Source of the DNA: Planctomycetota bacterium
Lineage (GTDB): Bacteria > Planctomycetota > UBA8108 > SXIK01
Reading direction: 5' to 3'
NCBI GenBank assembly: GCA_016209535.1
Contig: JACQVW010000236.1
Coordinates: forward strand, 1 to 54,863
Length of the DNA: 54,863 nucleotides
Shown piece by piece: positions 9,588-17,966 of the stretch. The notes beneath the pieces were generated by a model. The model did no database searches. It saw nothing but the letters and a program-made list of their open reading frames with translations, and was not told the origin of the DNA. The translations under genes were made by a program, and so were the position numbers. Within the stretch, counting starts at the first letter, position 1, and every line of letters begins with the position of its first letter.

Positions 9588-10550
9588 ATGGGTCCACGTC
9601 CTTACCGGGTCGGCGATCTCATCGGCGAAGGCCTCCGCGTCCTCGCGGTACGCCGGGGCGAGCTGAGCACCGTCTACGTCTGCCGGCAGGACCTCCCCGG
9701 CGGGCGGCGCGCCTACAAGGCCCTCAAGGCCTTCCACCTCGAGAACGAGGATCTCCGCCGGGGGCTCTTCGAGAGGGAGCTCGCCCACTGGATCGGCCTC
9801 CACCCCCACCCCCACATCGTCCGAGCCCTGGATGCCGACAGGGCGAGGGACCTGCTCATCCTCGAGCTCGTCCATGGCCCCAACCTGCGCGAGGTCGCCT
9901 CCCACAGCCCCGTCCACCCCAGGCACTTCATCCGGTGGGCGCGCGAGGTCGCCTCGGCGATCCGGTTCCTCCACGTCGAGAACCGCTTCATCCACCGGGA
10001 CCTGCGTCCGGGGAACGTCCTCGTCGACACGGAGCAGGACCTGGCGGCGAAGATCTCCGACCTGGGCATCGGGAAGCCCTTCGATCCTGCGGTGACCCAG
10101 CACACCGTGATCGGCGCCTTCACCTACATGGCGCCCGAGGTGCACGATGCCCTCACCGACTTCCGCTCCGATATCTTCTCCTTCGGCGCCACGCTCTACT
10201 ACCTCCTCACGGGCGAGTACGCCGTGCGGCTGACGACCAGGGACTTGCAGCCGGTCACCTCCCCATCGAGGCTCCTTCCCGCAGTGCCTGAGGAGGCGTC
10301 CGCTGTGGTCCTCAAGTGCATGGAGAAGGACCCCGAGCGGAGGTACCCGTCCGTGGACGAGGTGATCCGCGACCTGGAAGCGCTCCGGGAGTGGCCCGTG
10401 GAGCCTCTGCCTTACGGCCAGTGCTCGGCGCACGCCTACGCCTACTTCGCCCCCTCGCCGCGACGCCGCTGCCCCTTCTGCCTGTACGAGGAAGCCTTCG
10501 AGGCGCAGGAGGAGACGCTCGACAGCCTCCTCCGGAGGGGATCGCGTTGA
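9588..10550 (+). CDS. Ser/Thr protein kinase with C-terminal CxxH...CxxC motif
   Basis: GGGAGG RBS; KALK, HRDLRPGN, SDLG, YMAPE, SDIFSFG; C-terminus CSAH...CPFC. Confidence 0.9.
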   Translation: MGPRPYRVGDLIGEGLRVLAVRRGELSTVYVCRQDLPGGRRAYKALKAFHLENEDLRRGLFERELAHWIGLHPHPHIVRALDADRARDLLILELVHGPNLREVASHSPVHPRHFIRWAREVASAIRFLHVENRFIHRDLRPGNVLVDTEQDLAAKISDLGIGKPFDPAVTQHTVIGAFTYMAPEVHDALTDFRSDIFSFGATLYYLLTGEYAVRLTTRDLQPVTSPSRLLPAVPEEASAVVLKCMEKDPERRYPSVDEVIRDLEALREWPVEPLPYGQCSAHAYAYFAPSPRRRCPFCLYEEAFEAQEETLDSLLRRGSR

Positions 10551-10603
10551 GGCCGCGCTGAACCGCCGGCAGGGGCTTCTCTTCCACGGGCCTCCTGGCC
10601 ACA

Positions 10604-11464
10604 ATGGTGCCCGTGGAGACCTCAACCGCGCCCGCGGAGAAGATCGTCATGGCCGGCGTCCAGATGGACTTCGAGATCGGCCGGAAGGACGACAACCTCG
10701 CGCGCATGCTCGACGCGATGCATGCCGTCGCGGGCCGCGGAGCGCGGTTCGTCGTCTTCCCCGAGTGCGCCCTCACGGGGTACTGCTTCGAGTCGAAGGA
10801 GGAGGCGATGCCGTACGCGGAGACGCTGCCGGGACCCGCCGTGGAGCGGGTCGCCGCGACGTGCCGCGAGCTCGGCGCCTTCTCGGTCTTCGGCCTCCTC
10901 GAGCGGGACGGGGACCGCCTCTTCAACGCCTGCGCCCTCGTGGGGCCCGAGGGTTTGCTCGGGAGCTACCGCAAGGTCCACCTCCCCTACCTCGGCGTCG
11001 ATCGCTTCACGACGCCCGGAGACCGGCCGTTCCAGGTGCACGCGGCGGGCGCGGCGAGGATCGGCATGACGATCTGCTACGACGGCTCCTTCCCCGAGGC
11101 GGCGCGGATCCTCGCCCTCGAGGGCGCGGACCTGATCGTCCTCCCCACGAACTGGCCGCCGGGTGCCGAGACGACGGCGGCTTACGTCCCGAACGCCCGC
11201 GCCCTCGAGAGCCACGTGTACTACGCGGCCGTGAACCGCGTGGGGACCGAGCGGGGCTTCCGGTTCATCGGCGGCTCGAAGATCTGCCACCCCACGGGGA
11301 CGACCCTGGCCGAGGCGGCGCACGAGCGCGGGGAGGTCCTCTACGCCGAGGTGGACCTCACGGTGCCCCGCCAGAAGCGCCTCGTCCGCGTCCCCGGCAA
11401 GCACGTGATCGACCGCTTCGCCGACCGGAGGCCGGAGCTCTACGGGAGGATCTTGAGGAAGTGA
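10604..11464 (+). CDS. Carbon-nitrogen hydrolase (nitrilase superfamily)
   Basis: Catalytic E-K-C motifs FPEC, YRKVHL and ICYD; C-terminal DRRPELY. Start may be GTG 10613. Confidence 0.92.
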   Translation: MVPVETSTAPAEKIVMAGVQMDFEIGRKDDNLARMLDAMHAVAGRGARFVVFPECALTGYCFESKEEAMPYAETLPGPAVERVAATCRELGAFSVFGLLERDGDRLFNACALVGPEGLLGSYRKVHLPYLGVDRFTTPGDRPFQVHAAGAARIGMTICYDGSFPEAARILALEGADLIVLPTNWPPGAETTAAYVPNARALESHVYYAAVNRVGTERGFRFIGGSKICHPTGTTLAEAAHERGEVLYAEVDLTVPRQKRLVRVPGKHVIDRFADRRPELYGRILRK

Positions 11465-11560
11465 AGAGCGCCAGATTCGCGAAGAGGCTTGCCGTAGCGG
11501 CGGGCGCAGCGTCGCATGCTGTTCCGGATCTCTGGTAGGACTCCAACCCGAACAGCGGAA

Positions 11561-12070
11561 TCATATCGGCTGGCGGCCATGAGGCGGCCTCTCGGCGATG
11601 CCCTGGGAAAGCTGCTGGAAGAAGTCGGCGGGAGACCCGATCCGAAGCCCCGTCCTCGCGGCCACCCGTGGTGTGAAGTGCTTCGTGTTGTGCGTGAGAA
11701 GCCAGTCAGGCCTCGCACGCGTCGCCGAGACCAGGATTGGCACGTCCGCCTGGTGGGCGATCAGGCGGCGGGAGGAGAGCACGAGGGCTCTATCGGGCCA
11801 AGGCACGACCTCCGGACGCGAGAGATCGATCAGCCTGACATAGTCCTCGAGCAGCTCATCCGCCTCAGCAGATGTCAGCTTCGCGGCGTGCAAGAGCAGG
11901 TTCTCCTCGACCTCTGCCCGAACGGCCTCGGCAAGCACGAGGCGACAGATCCTTGCCGCGCACAACGCCAGCACGGCCCTGTCCAGCCCCCAACGAGCCA
12001 CCATCCCGCCCGTCAGCACATTCGAGTCGAGAAACAGCCGCAGTTTCCTGCGCTGCGCGGTGCCCCTCAC
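11561..12070 (-). CDS. PIN domain protein (VapC-like toxin)
   Basis: LFLDSNV, EVEEN, ADVPIL and LLTHNTKHF motifs; GTG start overlaps the antitoxin stop (GTGA). Confidence 0.85.
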   Translation of the reverse strand: MRGTAQRRKLRLFLDSNVLTGGMVARWGLDRAVLALCAARICRLVLAEAVRAEVEENLLLHAAKLTSAEADELLEDYVRLIDLSRPEVVPWPDRALVLSSRRLIAHQADVPILVSATRARPDWLLTHNTKHFTPRVAARTGLRIGSPADFFQQLSQGIAERPPHGRQPI

Positions 12071-12426
12071 CGCTTCCCTCTCGCTCTGGCTCTTGCGGCG
12101 CTGCTTCTTGCCGCGGGCCCCCGTTTCTCGGCGGAGAACAGCTCCGGGTAACGCCGTCTCACCAGCCTTTCCCGTACCTCCGGCAGAGTCGCCTGCAGCG
12201 CAGCTTCGCTGACTCCGGCATCCTCGAGCCTCGCGGCGATCGCTTCGCAAAGCTGCTCGAATCGCTTCTGCTCCGGCATGAGGATCAACCCGTCGCCGAC
12301 ACGCAAAATCGTCAGAGGCGCGCCGGTGCCCAGATTCAGCGCATCGCGGTATTCCTTCGGCAATGTCATCGTCCCGCGCTCACCCAGGCGCGTGGTAGCC
12401 AGGTACTCAACCAACTTGGGACCCAT
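12067..12426 (-). CDS. AbrB/MazE/SpoVT family antitoxin
   Basis: TRLGERGTMTLPKEYRDALNLGTGAPL swapped-hairpin motif; directly upstream of the PIN gene. Confidence 0.85.
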   Translation of the reverse strand: MGPKLVEYLATTRLGERGTMTLPKEYRDALNLGTGAPLTILRVGDGLILMPEQKRFEQLCEAIAARLEDAGVSEAALQATLPEVRERLVRRRYPELFSAEKRGPAARSSAARARARGKR

Positions 12427-12462
12427 TGATGCGCTCCCGTCGAAAAAGCCGAATTGATCGGA

Positions 12463-12482
12463 AATCCAGATCCACCTGGATT
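12463..12482. promoter_or_regulatory. Inverted repeat, putative TA autoregulatory operator
   Basis: AATCCAG-ATCCAC-CTGGATT about 37 nt upstream of the antitoxin ATG, overlapping a minus-strand GATAAT (-10-like). Confidence 0.5.
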
Positions 12483-12630
12483 ATCTTATCACGCTCTTGT
12501 CCCGGTGGAGCGCCCATGGCGACGCGTCAGGCGGCCAACTTCAAAGGTGCAGACCCCCTATGAGCCACACTCACATGCGAGCTGTCACCTTCCCCGCCGT
12601 GCTCCGCGCGATCGCATTCGTCGTGCTCGC

Positions 12631-13128
12631 ATGAGCTTTCGGAAGATCCTGAGCCTCGCGATCTTCCTCCTCGCCGCATGCCTCGGCGCCTGGTGGGCCT
12701 ACCGCGCCCTGGCGCCGGAGGAGACGAAGATCCGCTGGCTCGTCGAGTCCATGGCCGAAGGCTTCAACCGCTCGCGGCCGAGCCGCACGATCGAGGGCCT
12801 CGCCGAGGACTTCCGCGAGGATACGGCGAAGGCCTCGAAGCCTGAGGTGCACCAGTTCCTCGCCTACCTCTTCCTCAAGGAGCGCGACGAGAAGACGAAG
12901 GACTTCCTGTGGAAGGTCGAGCTCGAGGAGGTCGAGGTCAGCGTCCTGTCGGAGGAGGAGCCCCGGAAGGCGGAGCTCGGCCTCACGGCCGCGTTCTCCC
13001 GGCGGGCCGGAGGGAGCTGGAGCCCGGTCTGGAAGGCCCGCATCGACGCCGAGCTCGAGGAGCGCGAGGAGGGCTGGCGGGTCGTCCGGGCCCGCCACGA
13101 GGCGCTGGAGGGGAGGAGGCCGTTTTGA
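12631..13128 (+). CDS. Membrane-anchored hypothetical protein, possible NTF2/SnoaL-like fold
   Basis: N-terminal TM segment; helices followed by beta strands ending in GWRVVRA. Confidence 0.7.
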   Translation: MSFRKILSLAIFLLAACLGAWWAYRALAPEETKIRWLVESMAEGFNRSRPSRTIEGLAEDFREDTAKASKPEVHQFLAYLFLKERDEKTKDFLWKVELEEVEVSVLSEEEPRKAELGLTAAFSRRAGGSWSPVWKARIDAELEEREEGWRVVRARHEALEGRRPF

Positions 13129-13152
13129 TATCTTGCCCTTCCTGGACCCAAT

Positions 13153-13539
13153 GTGAGCACCGACAGCCCGAAGGACGAATGCGTTTCGCCAACCTCGCGG
13201 AACGTCGCGCTCCTCGTGTGGCTCGCGACCCTGGGGGCCATGGCCTTCGGCCTGAGAGCCGCGGCATCCGCCTTCGAGCAGACGTACAAGGACCTGGCCG
13301 TGGGGCTGCCTGCAGCGACCGTCCTCGTCCTCGAAGTCGCATCCGGGCGCTCCCCCCTGGGGATCGCGGCCCTGGCGACCGCTGTGGCCGTGCCGCTCCT
13401 CCTCTACTTCCTCCGACCTCACGGCTCTGCGTTCCGCCTGGTTCTCCGGGTGCTCGCGGTCGCCGCCTTCCTCTGGCTCGGGTTCAGCATCCTGGCGCTC
13501 TTCCTGCCGCTTCGAGAGATCATTAAGCCGATCCGCTGA
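13153..13539 (+). CDS. Small 3-TM membrane protein resembling a GspF/PilC segment (copy 1)
   Basis: FEQTYKDLAVGLPAAT and C-terminal ALFLPL resemble T2SS F-family segments; paralog at 13959-14357. Confidence 0.7.
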   Translation: MSTDSPKDECVSPTSRNVALLVWLATLGAMAFGLRAAASAFEQTYKDLAVGLPAATVLVLEVASGRSPLGIAALATAVAVPLLLYFLRPHGSAFRLVLRVLAVAAFLWLGFSILALFLPLREIIKPIR

Positions 13540-13582
13540 GCGGAGAGCGGCCTGTCCGCCGGCACGCGCAGGGCGCGCCCCC

Positions 13583-13633
13583 TCAAGGCCCCTCGCACCG
13601 CGGCTCGTCCGGCGTCGGATCCTCGCTGGCCGA
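13583..13633 (-). pseudogene. Remnant 3' end of a dockerin-domain gene
   Basis: Translates to SASEDPTPDEPRCEGP*, against SAGEDPTPDELGCEGG* at the end of the FG-GAP gene; offset exactly 818 bp. Confidence 0.75.
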
Positions 13634-13715
13634 GACCAGACGACACGAGGATAGGGCGTGGAGCGTGCGGACGCCAGAACGTAGGATGGGATCTCCCAGC
13701 CAAGGAGGTCACCCG

Positions 13716-14357
13716 ATGCGCTCTGCTTACGGAACCTATCACAAGGGACGTGTTGAGCTCGACTCCCCCGTCGATTGGCCAGAGGGGGCGAGGGTGGCGA
13801 TAAGCCCTGCGGAGCCGGGGATCGGCCTGAGGGAGTCCGATTGGCCCGACAGCGTTGCGACGCGTTGCGCCCTCGCAGCCAGGCTGGATAGCCTGGAGCC
13901 CCTGGAGCTGACGGCGGCTGACGAGGCGGAGATCGCTGCTGCGGGCCAGGGCGGTGTCGTGAGCCCTGACGAGAGCTCGGACAAGCCCCCCCGAGGGGGC
14001 GGCTCGCCCGTCCTCGGGCTCGTCGCGCTGGTGGCGTGGCTCGGGGCCCTGGGCGCGCTGGCGCTCGCGTGCCGGGCCGCTCACTCCTTCGAGCAGATGT
14101 TCAAGGACCTCGGGCAGAAGCTGCCCGGGCCCACCGTGCTCCTCATGGATACCGCCAGCCTCGCGCGCTCCCCCGTCGGCGTCTCCCTCCTGGCGGCGGC
14201 GGTCGCGGTGCCGCTCCTGCTCCACGTCCTCAGGCCTCGCGGCATCGTGCTCCCCCCCCTCCTGCTGGCGCTCGCGGTCGTCGCCTTCCTCGGGTTCGCC
14301 TTCAGCCTCGTGGCGCTCTTCCTGCCGCTTCTGGAGATCATCAAGTCGATCCGCTGA
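13716..14357 (+). CDS. Chimeric ORF: DUF104-like antitoxin fragment in frame with membrane protein copy 2
   Basis: AAGGAGG RBS; MRSAYGTYHKGRVELDSPVDWPEGARVAI is antitoxin-like. From GTG 13959 it aligns with 13153-13539 (FEQMFKDLGQKLPGPT...ALFLPL). Confidence 0.6.
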   Translation: MRSAYGTYHKGRVELDSPVDWPEGARVAISPAEPGIGLRESDWPDSVATRCALAARLDSLEPLELTAADEAEIAAAGQGGVVSPDESSDKPPRGGGSPVLGLVALVAWLGALGALALACRAAHSFEQMFKDLGQKLPGPTVLLMDTASLARSPVGVSLLAAAVAVPLLLHVLRPRGIVLPPLLLALAVVAFLGFAFSLVALFLPLLEIIKSIR

Positions 14358-14400
14358 GCGGAGAGCGGCCTGTCCCCCGGCACGCGCAGGGCGCGCCCCC

Positions 14401-16866
14401 TCACCCCCCCTCGCACCCCAGCTCGTCCGGCGTCGGATCCTCGCCGGCCGACGGGTAGGGCGGCGGCGGCTCGGGGCCGCCCAGGAACTGGAAGTTGAGG
14501 CTGTAGACCGCGTCCGACAGGTTCACCTCACCGTTGTCGTCCGCGTCGGCCGCGTCGGCGCACGGGGGCTGCTCCCCGCCGCGGAAGAGGCCGTTCAAGG
14601 TGACGATCACGTCGGTGATGTTGATCGCGCCGTCGAGGTCCCTGTCGGCCCTCACGAACGTCCTCCGTCCCGAGGCGGCGGGGTTGCCCCAGAGGACCAC
14701 GACCGCCTTCGAGACGACGGCCGCGACCGCCGCGTCGAGGGCGCCGTCGACGTCCAGGTCCGCGATGGCGAAACCCCGCGCGTCGGCGCCGGCCCGGTGG
14801 ACCTCGGGCTCGCCGAAGGCGCCCGCGCCCCGGCCCCGGAAGACGACGAGGCCGCTCGAGGGCCGGCTCGCGGCGCAGGCGATGTCCACGATCCCGTCCC
14901 GGTCCAGGTCCTGCACGGCGGCCGCGTGGAGCTCGAAGGCCTGGCTCACGGGCTTCGCCTCGGGGCGCTCGTCGCGCGCCGGAGCGGTCACGCGCTCGAG
15001 CGAGCTCCCGGAGGAGGAGATGCCGATCAGGTCCGGGACGCCGTCGCCATCGACCTCGGCGACGCGCAGCGCCCGCGCCGATGGGAGGAGGTCGAGCTCT
15101 CTCCGCCGCGGGAACGCGCCGCGGCCGTCGCCGAGGAGCAAGCGGAGCCCGGAGCGCGTCGCGACGGCGAGGTCCAGGGCCCCGTCCAGGTCCGCGTCGC
15201 CGGCGGCGACGGCCGTCTGGCCCGAGTCGAGCTCCACCTCGACGAGCTTCCCCGCGTCCTCGCTCGCCGGGTCGAAGAGGACCGAGAGGACGAGCACGTT
15301 CAGGTCCGCGACGGCGAGGTCCGCGTCCCCGTCCGCATCGAAGTCCGCCGCCGCCAGGACCCCGGGCGCGTCGCGGACGCGGATGTCGAGCGTGCGTGCG
15401 ACGGCGCCCCTCGCGTCGAGGAGGAGGAGGACGACGCTCGAGGTGACGATGTCCGTCGCGGCCGCATCGGCCCTCCCGTCGCCGTCCAGGTCTGCAATGG
15501 CCATGTCCTGGAGCGACCTCACGCCCGTCAAGCGCTCCGGGGCCGCGAAGCCCCGCGGAGGCCGGCCCCGCACGAGGTGAATGAAGCTCGAGCTGCGCGC
15601 GAGGAGGTCCGGGGCGCCGTCCGAGTCGGCGTCGAGCACCGCGACCTGCCGCGGGCCGGCCGCGAGCTCGATCGCGGGGCTCCCGAGGTCGAACCGTCCA
15701 GGAGACAGCCCCCGGTGGACGACGAGCTGGCTCGCCGGCGTGCCGTAGCCGAGGTCCTCGACGCCTCCGCCGTCGAGGTCGGCGAAGACCGCGTCGGTCA
15801 AGAAGTCGCGCAGATGCAAGTCGTCCGGGACCCGCACGAAGCTCCCGTCGCCGCGGCTCCGGTGCACGCGCAAGGCCGAACGCTTACCGGCGTCGGCCTC
15901 CGTGACGAGGTCCCGGAGGCCGTCGCCGTTCAGGTCCGCGGAGGAGAGGTAGCCGAAGCCCCCGCCGGCGTCCAGCCGCAGGCCGCGCCCGGCGTCCGTC
16001 GAGACCACGGCGACCTTCAAGCGCCCTTCGCCCGCGTGCTCGGCGAAGAGGAGGGCCGCGTCGTTGTCGCCGTCCCCCACGGCGAGGACGGCCAGGTCAG
16101 CCAGCCCGTCCCGGTCGAAGTCCCCCGCGACGGCCGCCGCCGGCCCGCCGCGCACTTCCGCCGCCACCTCGGCGGCGAAGGTCCCGTCGCCGCGGCCGCG
16201 GAAGAGGCCGAGGGCGTCCGTGTGCCCCACGGCCGCGTCGGCCGACCCGTCGCCGTCGAAGTCCGCCACGGCGAGGGCGTGCGGGTTGTCGCCGACGTCC
16301 ATGGATGCCCCTGAGCGCAACCCGCCCTTGCCGTCGCCGAGGAGGACGCCCATCGAGCCCCGGCCCTCGGCGATGAAGCTGACCGCCACCGCGTCGAGGG
16401 CGCCGTCCCCGTCCAGATCCGCGAGGCGCACGATGCGCGGGCCCTGGTCTGCGGCGTGCTCGCGCGCCTCGAGGAAGCCGCCGTCGCCGCCGTTGAGGAG
16501 GAGGGAGAGCGACGCCGAGCCGCTGTTCGCCGAGAGGAGGTCCGGCTTCCCATCGCCGTTCAGGTCGCCGGCCTCGAGGGAGAACGGGCTCAGGCCGACC
16601 GCGTACGCTCGCTGGGCGAAGGCGAAGGGTCCTCCGGTGCTGCCCGTCGGGTCGCTGGAGAGGAGCACGGCGAGCTGCGCGAGCTGCCCGTGAGCGACCG
16701 CGAGGTCCGAGCGCCCGTCCCCGTCGAGGTCCGCCGGGAGCACGTCCGTCGCGACGCTCGAGAGCCCGAAGACCGGGTCCTCGAGGAAGAGCGGCTGCGC
16801 GGCCCCGGCGAGGCTGGCAGAGAGGAGGCTTGATGCGAGCGCGGAGGTCAGACCCATGGGGTCCAT
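14401..16866 (-). CDS. Secreted FG-GAP/VCBS repeat beta-propeller protein with C-terminal dockerin-like domain
   Basis: Signal peptide; many ADLDGDG..DL repeats; C-terminus FVRADRDLDGAINITD...CADAADADDNG...DPTPD.LGC. Start at 16866 or 16857. Confidence 0.88.
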   Translation of the reverse strand: MDPMGLTSALASSLLSASLAGAAQPLFLEDPVFGLSSVATDVLPADLDGDGRSDLAVAHGQLAQLAVLLSSDPTGSTGGPFAFAQRAYAVGLSPFSLEAGDLNGDGKPDLLSANSGSASLSLLLNGGDGGFLEAREHAADQGPRIVRLADLDGDGALDAVAVSFIAEGRGSMGVLLGDGKGGLRSGASMDVGDNPHALAVADFDGDGSADAAVGHTDALGLFRGRGDGTFAAEVAAEVRGGPAAAVAGDFDRDGLADLAVLAVGDGDNDAALLFAEHAGEGRLKVAVVSTDAGRGLRLDAGGGFGYLSSADLNGDGLRDLVTEADAGKRSALRVHRSRGDGSFVRVPDDLHLRDFLTDAVFADLDGGGVEDLGYGTPASQLVVHRGLSPGRFDLGSPAIELAAGPRQVAVLDADSDGAPDLLARSSSFIHLVRGRPPRGFAAPERLTGVRSLQDMAIADLDGDGRADAAATDIVTSSVVLLLLDARGAVARTLDIRVRDAPGVLAAADFDADGDADLAVADLNVLVLSVLFDPASEDAGKLVEVELDSGQTAVAAGDADLDGALDLAVATRSGLRLLLGDGRGAFPRRRELDLLPSARALRVAEVDGDGVPDLIGISSSGSSLERVTAPARDERPEAKPVSQAFELHAAAVQDLDRDGIVDIACAASRPSSGLVVFRGRGAGAFGEPEVHRAGADARGFAIADLDVDGALDAAVAAVVSKAVVVLWGNPAASGRRTFVRADRDLDGAINITDVIVTLNGLFRGGEQPPCADAADADDNGEVNLSDAVYSLNFQFLGGPEPPPPYPSAGEDPTPDELGCEGG

Positions 16867-17001
16867 CGTGCGGCCTGGGACCCCCGCCGCGCAAGGGAGC
16901 ACATGGGCGCACGTGGGCGCAAGCGGGGGCCCGGGCGCCGGGTCAGGGCCACGTTCGGGCCGCCGAGGGCGCTCTGCGGCCGGTCATGCTACACTGGGCG
17001 C

Positions 17002-17238
17002 ATGCTCCCGGCTGCGACCGAAGAGTGGACCGAAGAATCCGAGTGGTCGCGCCTCACGGCGGCGGAGCGCTTCCTGTGGTTCCAGACCCTCTGGGACTTC
17101 TACGTGAAGGCGGGTGGATCCCTTGAGCCAGAACCCGATTCTCAAAGTCCTTTCGACTTTCCAGAGATGCGAAGTGCAGGCGTTGCTCATGGGGGGACAA
17201 GCATGCATCCTCTACGGAGCCGCCGAGTTCAGCCGTGA
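17002..17238 (+). CDS. Small hypothetical protein partnering the nucleotidyltransferase
   Basis: EWSRLTAAERF...LWDFYVKAGGSLEPEPDSQSPF; extended -10 TGCTACACT 6 nt before ATG 17002. Confidence 0.6.
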   Translation: MLPAATEEWTEESEWSRLTAAERFLWFQTLWDFYVKAGGSLEPEPDSQSPFDFPEMRSAGVAHGGTSMHPLRSRRVQP

Positions 17239-17875
17239 CGTGGACGTCGCAGTCCTCTCCTCGAAGGAGAACCTGTCGAAGCTCACCTCGGCTCTGCGCG
17301 ACCTCGCGGCGGAGCAGGTCTTTCTTCCGCCGCTGGAGGCTGCTTACCTCGAGCGCGGCCACGCGTGCCATTTCCGCTGCCGTCACCCGGAGGCGTCCGG
17401 GCTCCGGGTGGACGTGATGTCCGTCATGAGAGGGTGCGACTCCTTCCCGGTGCTCTGGTCTCGGAGGGAGATCGCGGACCTCCCCGAGCTTCCCGGCGTG
17501 AACTTGCTTTCGCTCCCGGACCTGGTCCAGGCGAAAAAGACCCAGAGGGACAAGGACTGGCCCATGGTCCGGAGGCTCGTGGAGGCGGACTACGAGCGGA
17601 AGCGGGTGGGGGCGAAGGAGGCCGACATCCGGTTCTGGCTCCGTCAGGGGCGCACGCCGGCCATCCTCGCCGCCCTCGGCGAGGCCTACCCGGCGCTCGC
17701 GCACGATGAGGCTGCCCGGCGCCCGCTGTTGCTCTGCGTCCTCGCGCGCGACGGCACGGGCGTCGAGAGGGCCCTGGTCGGGGAGCAGGAATACGAGCGC
17801 AGCCGCGACAAGGCGTACTGGGAGCCGCTCCGGCGCGAGCTGGAGGTGCTGCGCAGGACGCGAGGGCAGGGATAG
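17123..17875 (+). CDS. Nucleotidyltransferase-fold protein (DUF6036/AbiEii-like)
   Basis: LLMGGQACILYG...SRDVD, RVDVM and LVQAKKTQRDKDW motifs. Start TTG 17123 or GTG 17114. Confidence 0.8.
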   Translation: MSQNPILKVLSTFQRCEVQALLMGGQACILYGAAEFSRDVDVAVLSSKENLSKLTSALRDLAAEQVFLPPLEAAYLERGHACHFRCRHPEASGLRVDVMSVMRGCDSFPVLWSRREIADLPELPGVNLLSLPDLVQAKKTQRDKDWPMVRRLVEADYERKRVGAKEADIRFWLRQGRTPAILAALGEAYPALAHDEAARRPLLLCVLARDGTGVERALVGEQEYERSRDKAYWEPLRRELEVLRRTRGQG

Positions 17876-17966
17876 CGCCCCGCCTCGCTCGAGACGGTCC
17901 CCGAGGCTTCCCTCCTTCCACACGGCGTCCCCGCAGGTCCGGCGTCCACGGTACAATGCCCTCCGC

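Larger units (their letters stand above)
13493..14451. repeat. Direct duplication with 818-bp offset (best-conserved parts ~13493-13633 and ~14311-14451)
   Basis: Near-identical GATCCGCTGAGCGGAGAGCGGCCTGTCCnCCGGCACGCGCAGGGCGCGCCCCCTCA after both membrane genes. Confidence 0.85.

Noticed and set aside
7596-10625. 984-aa and 925-aa ORF-track versions of the kinase and transporter
   Set aside because: The N-terminal extensions are antisense read-through of the neighbouring gene; plausible starts are 9588 and 9350.
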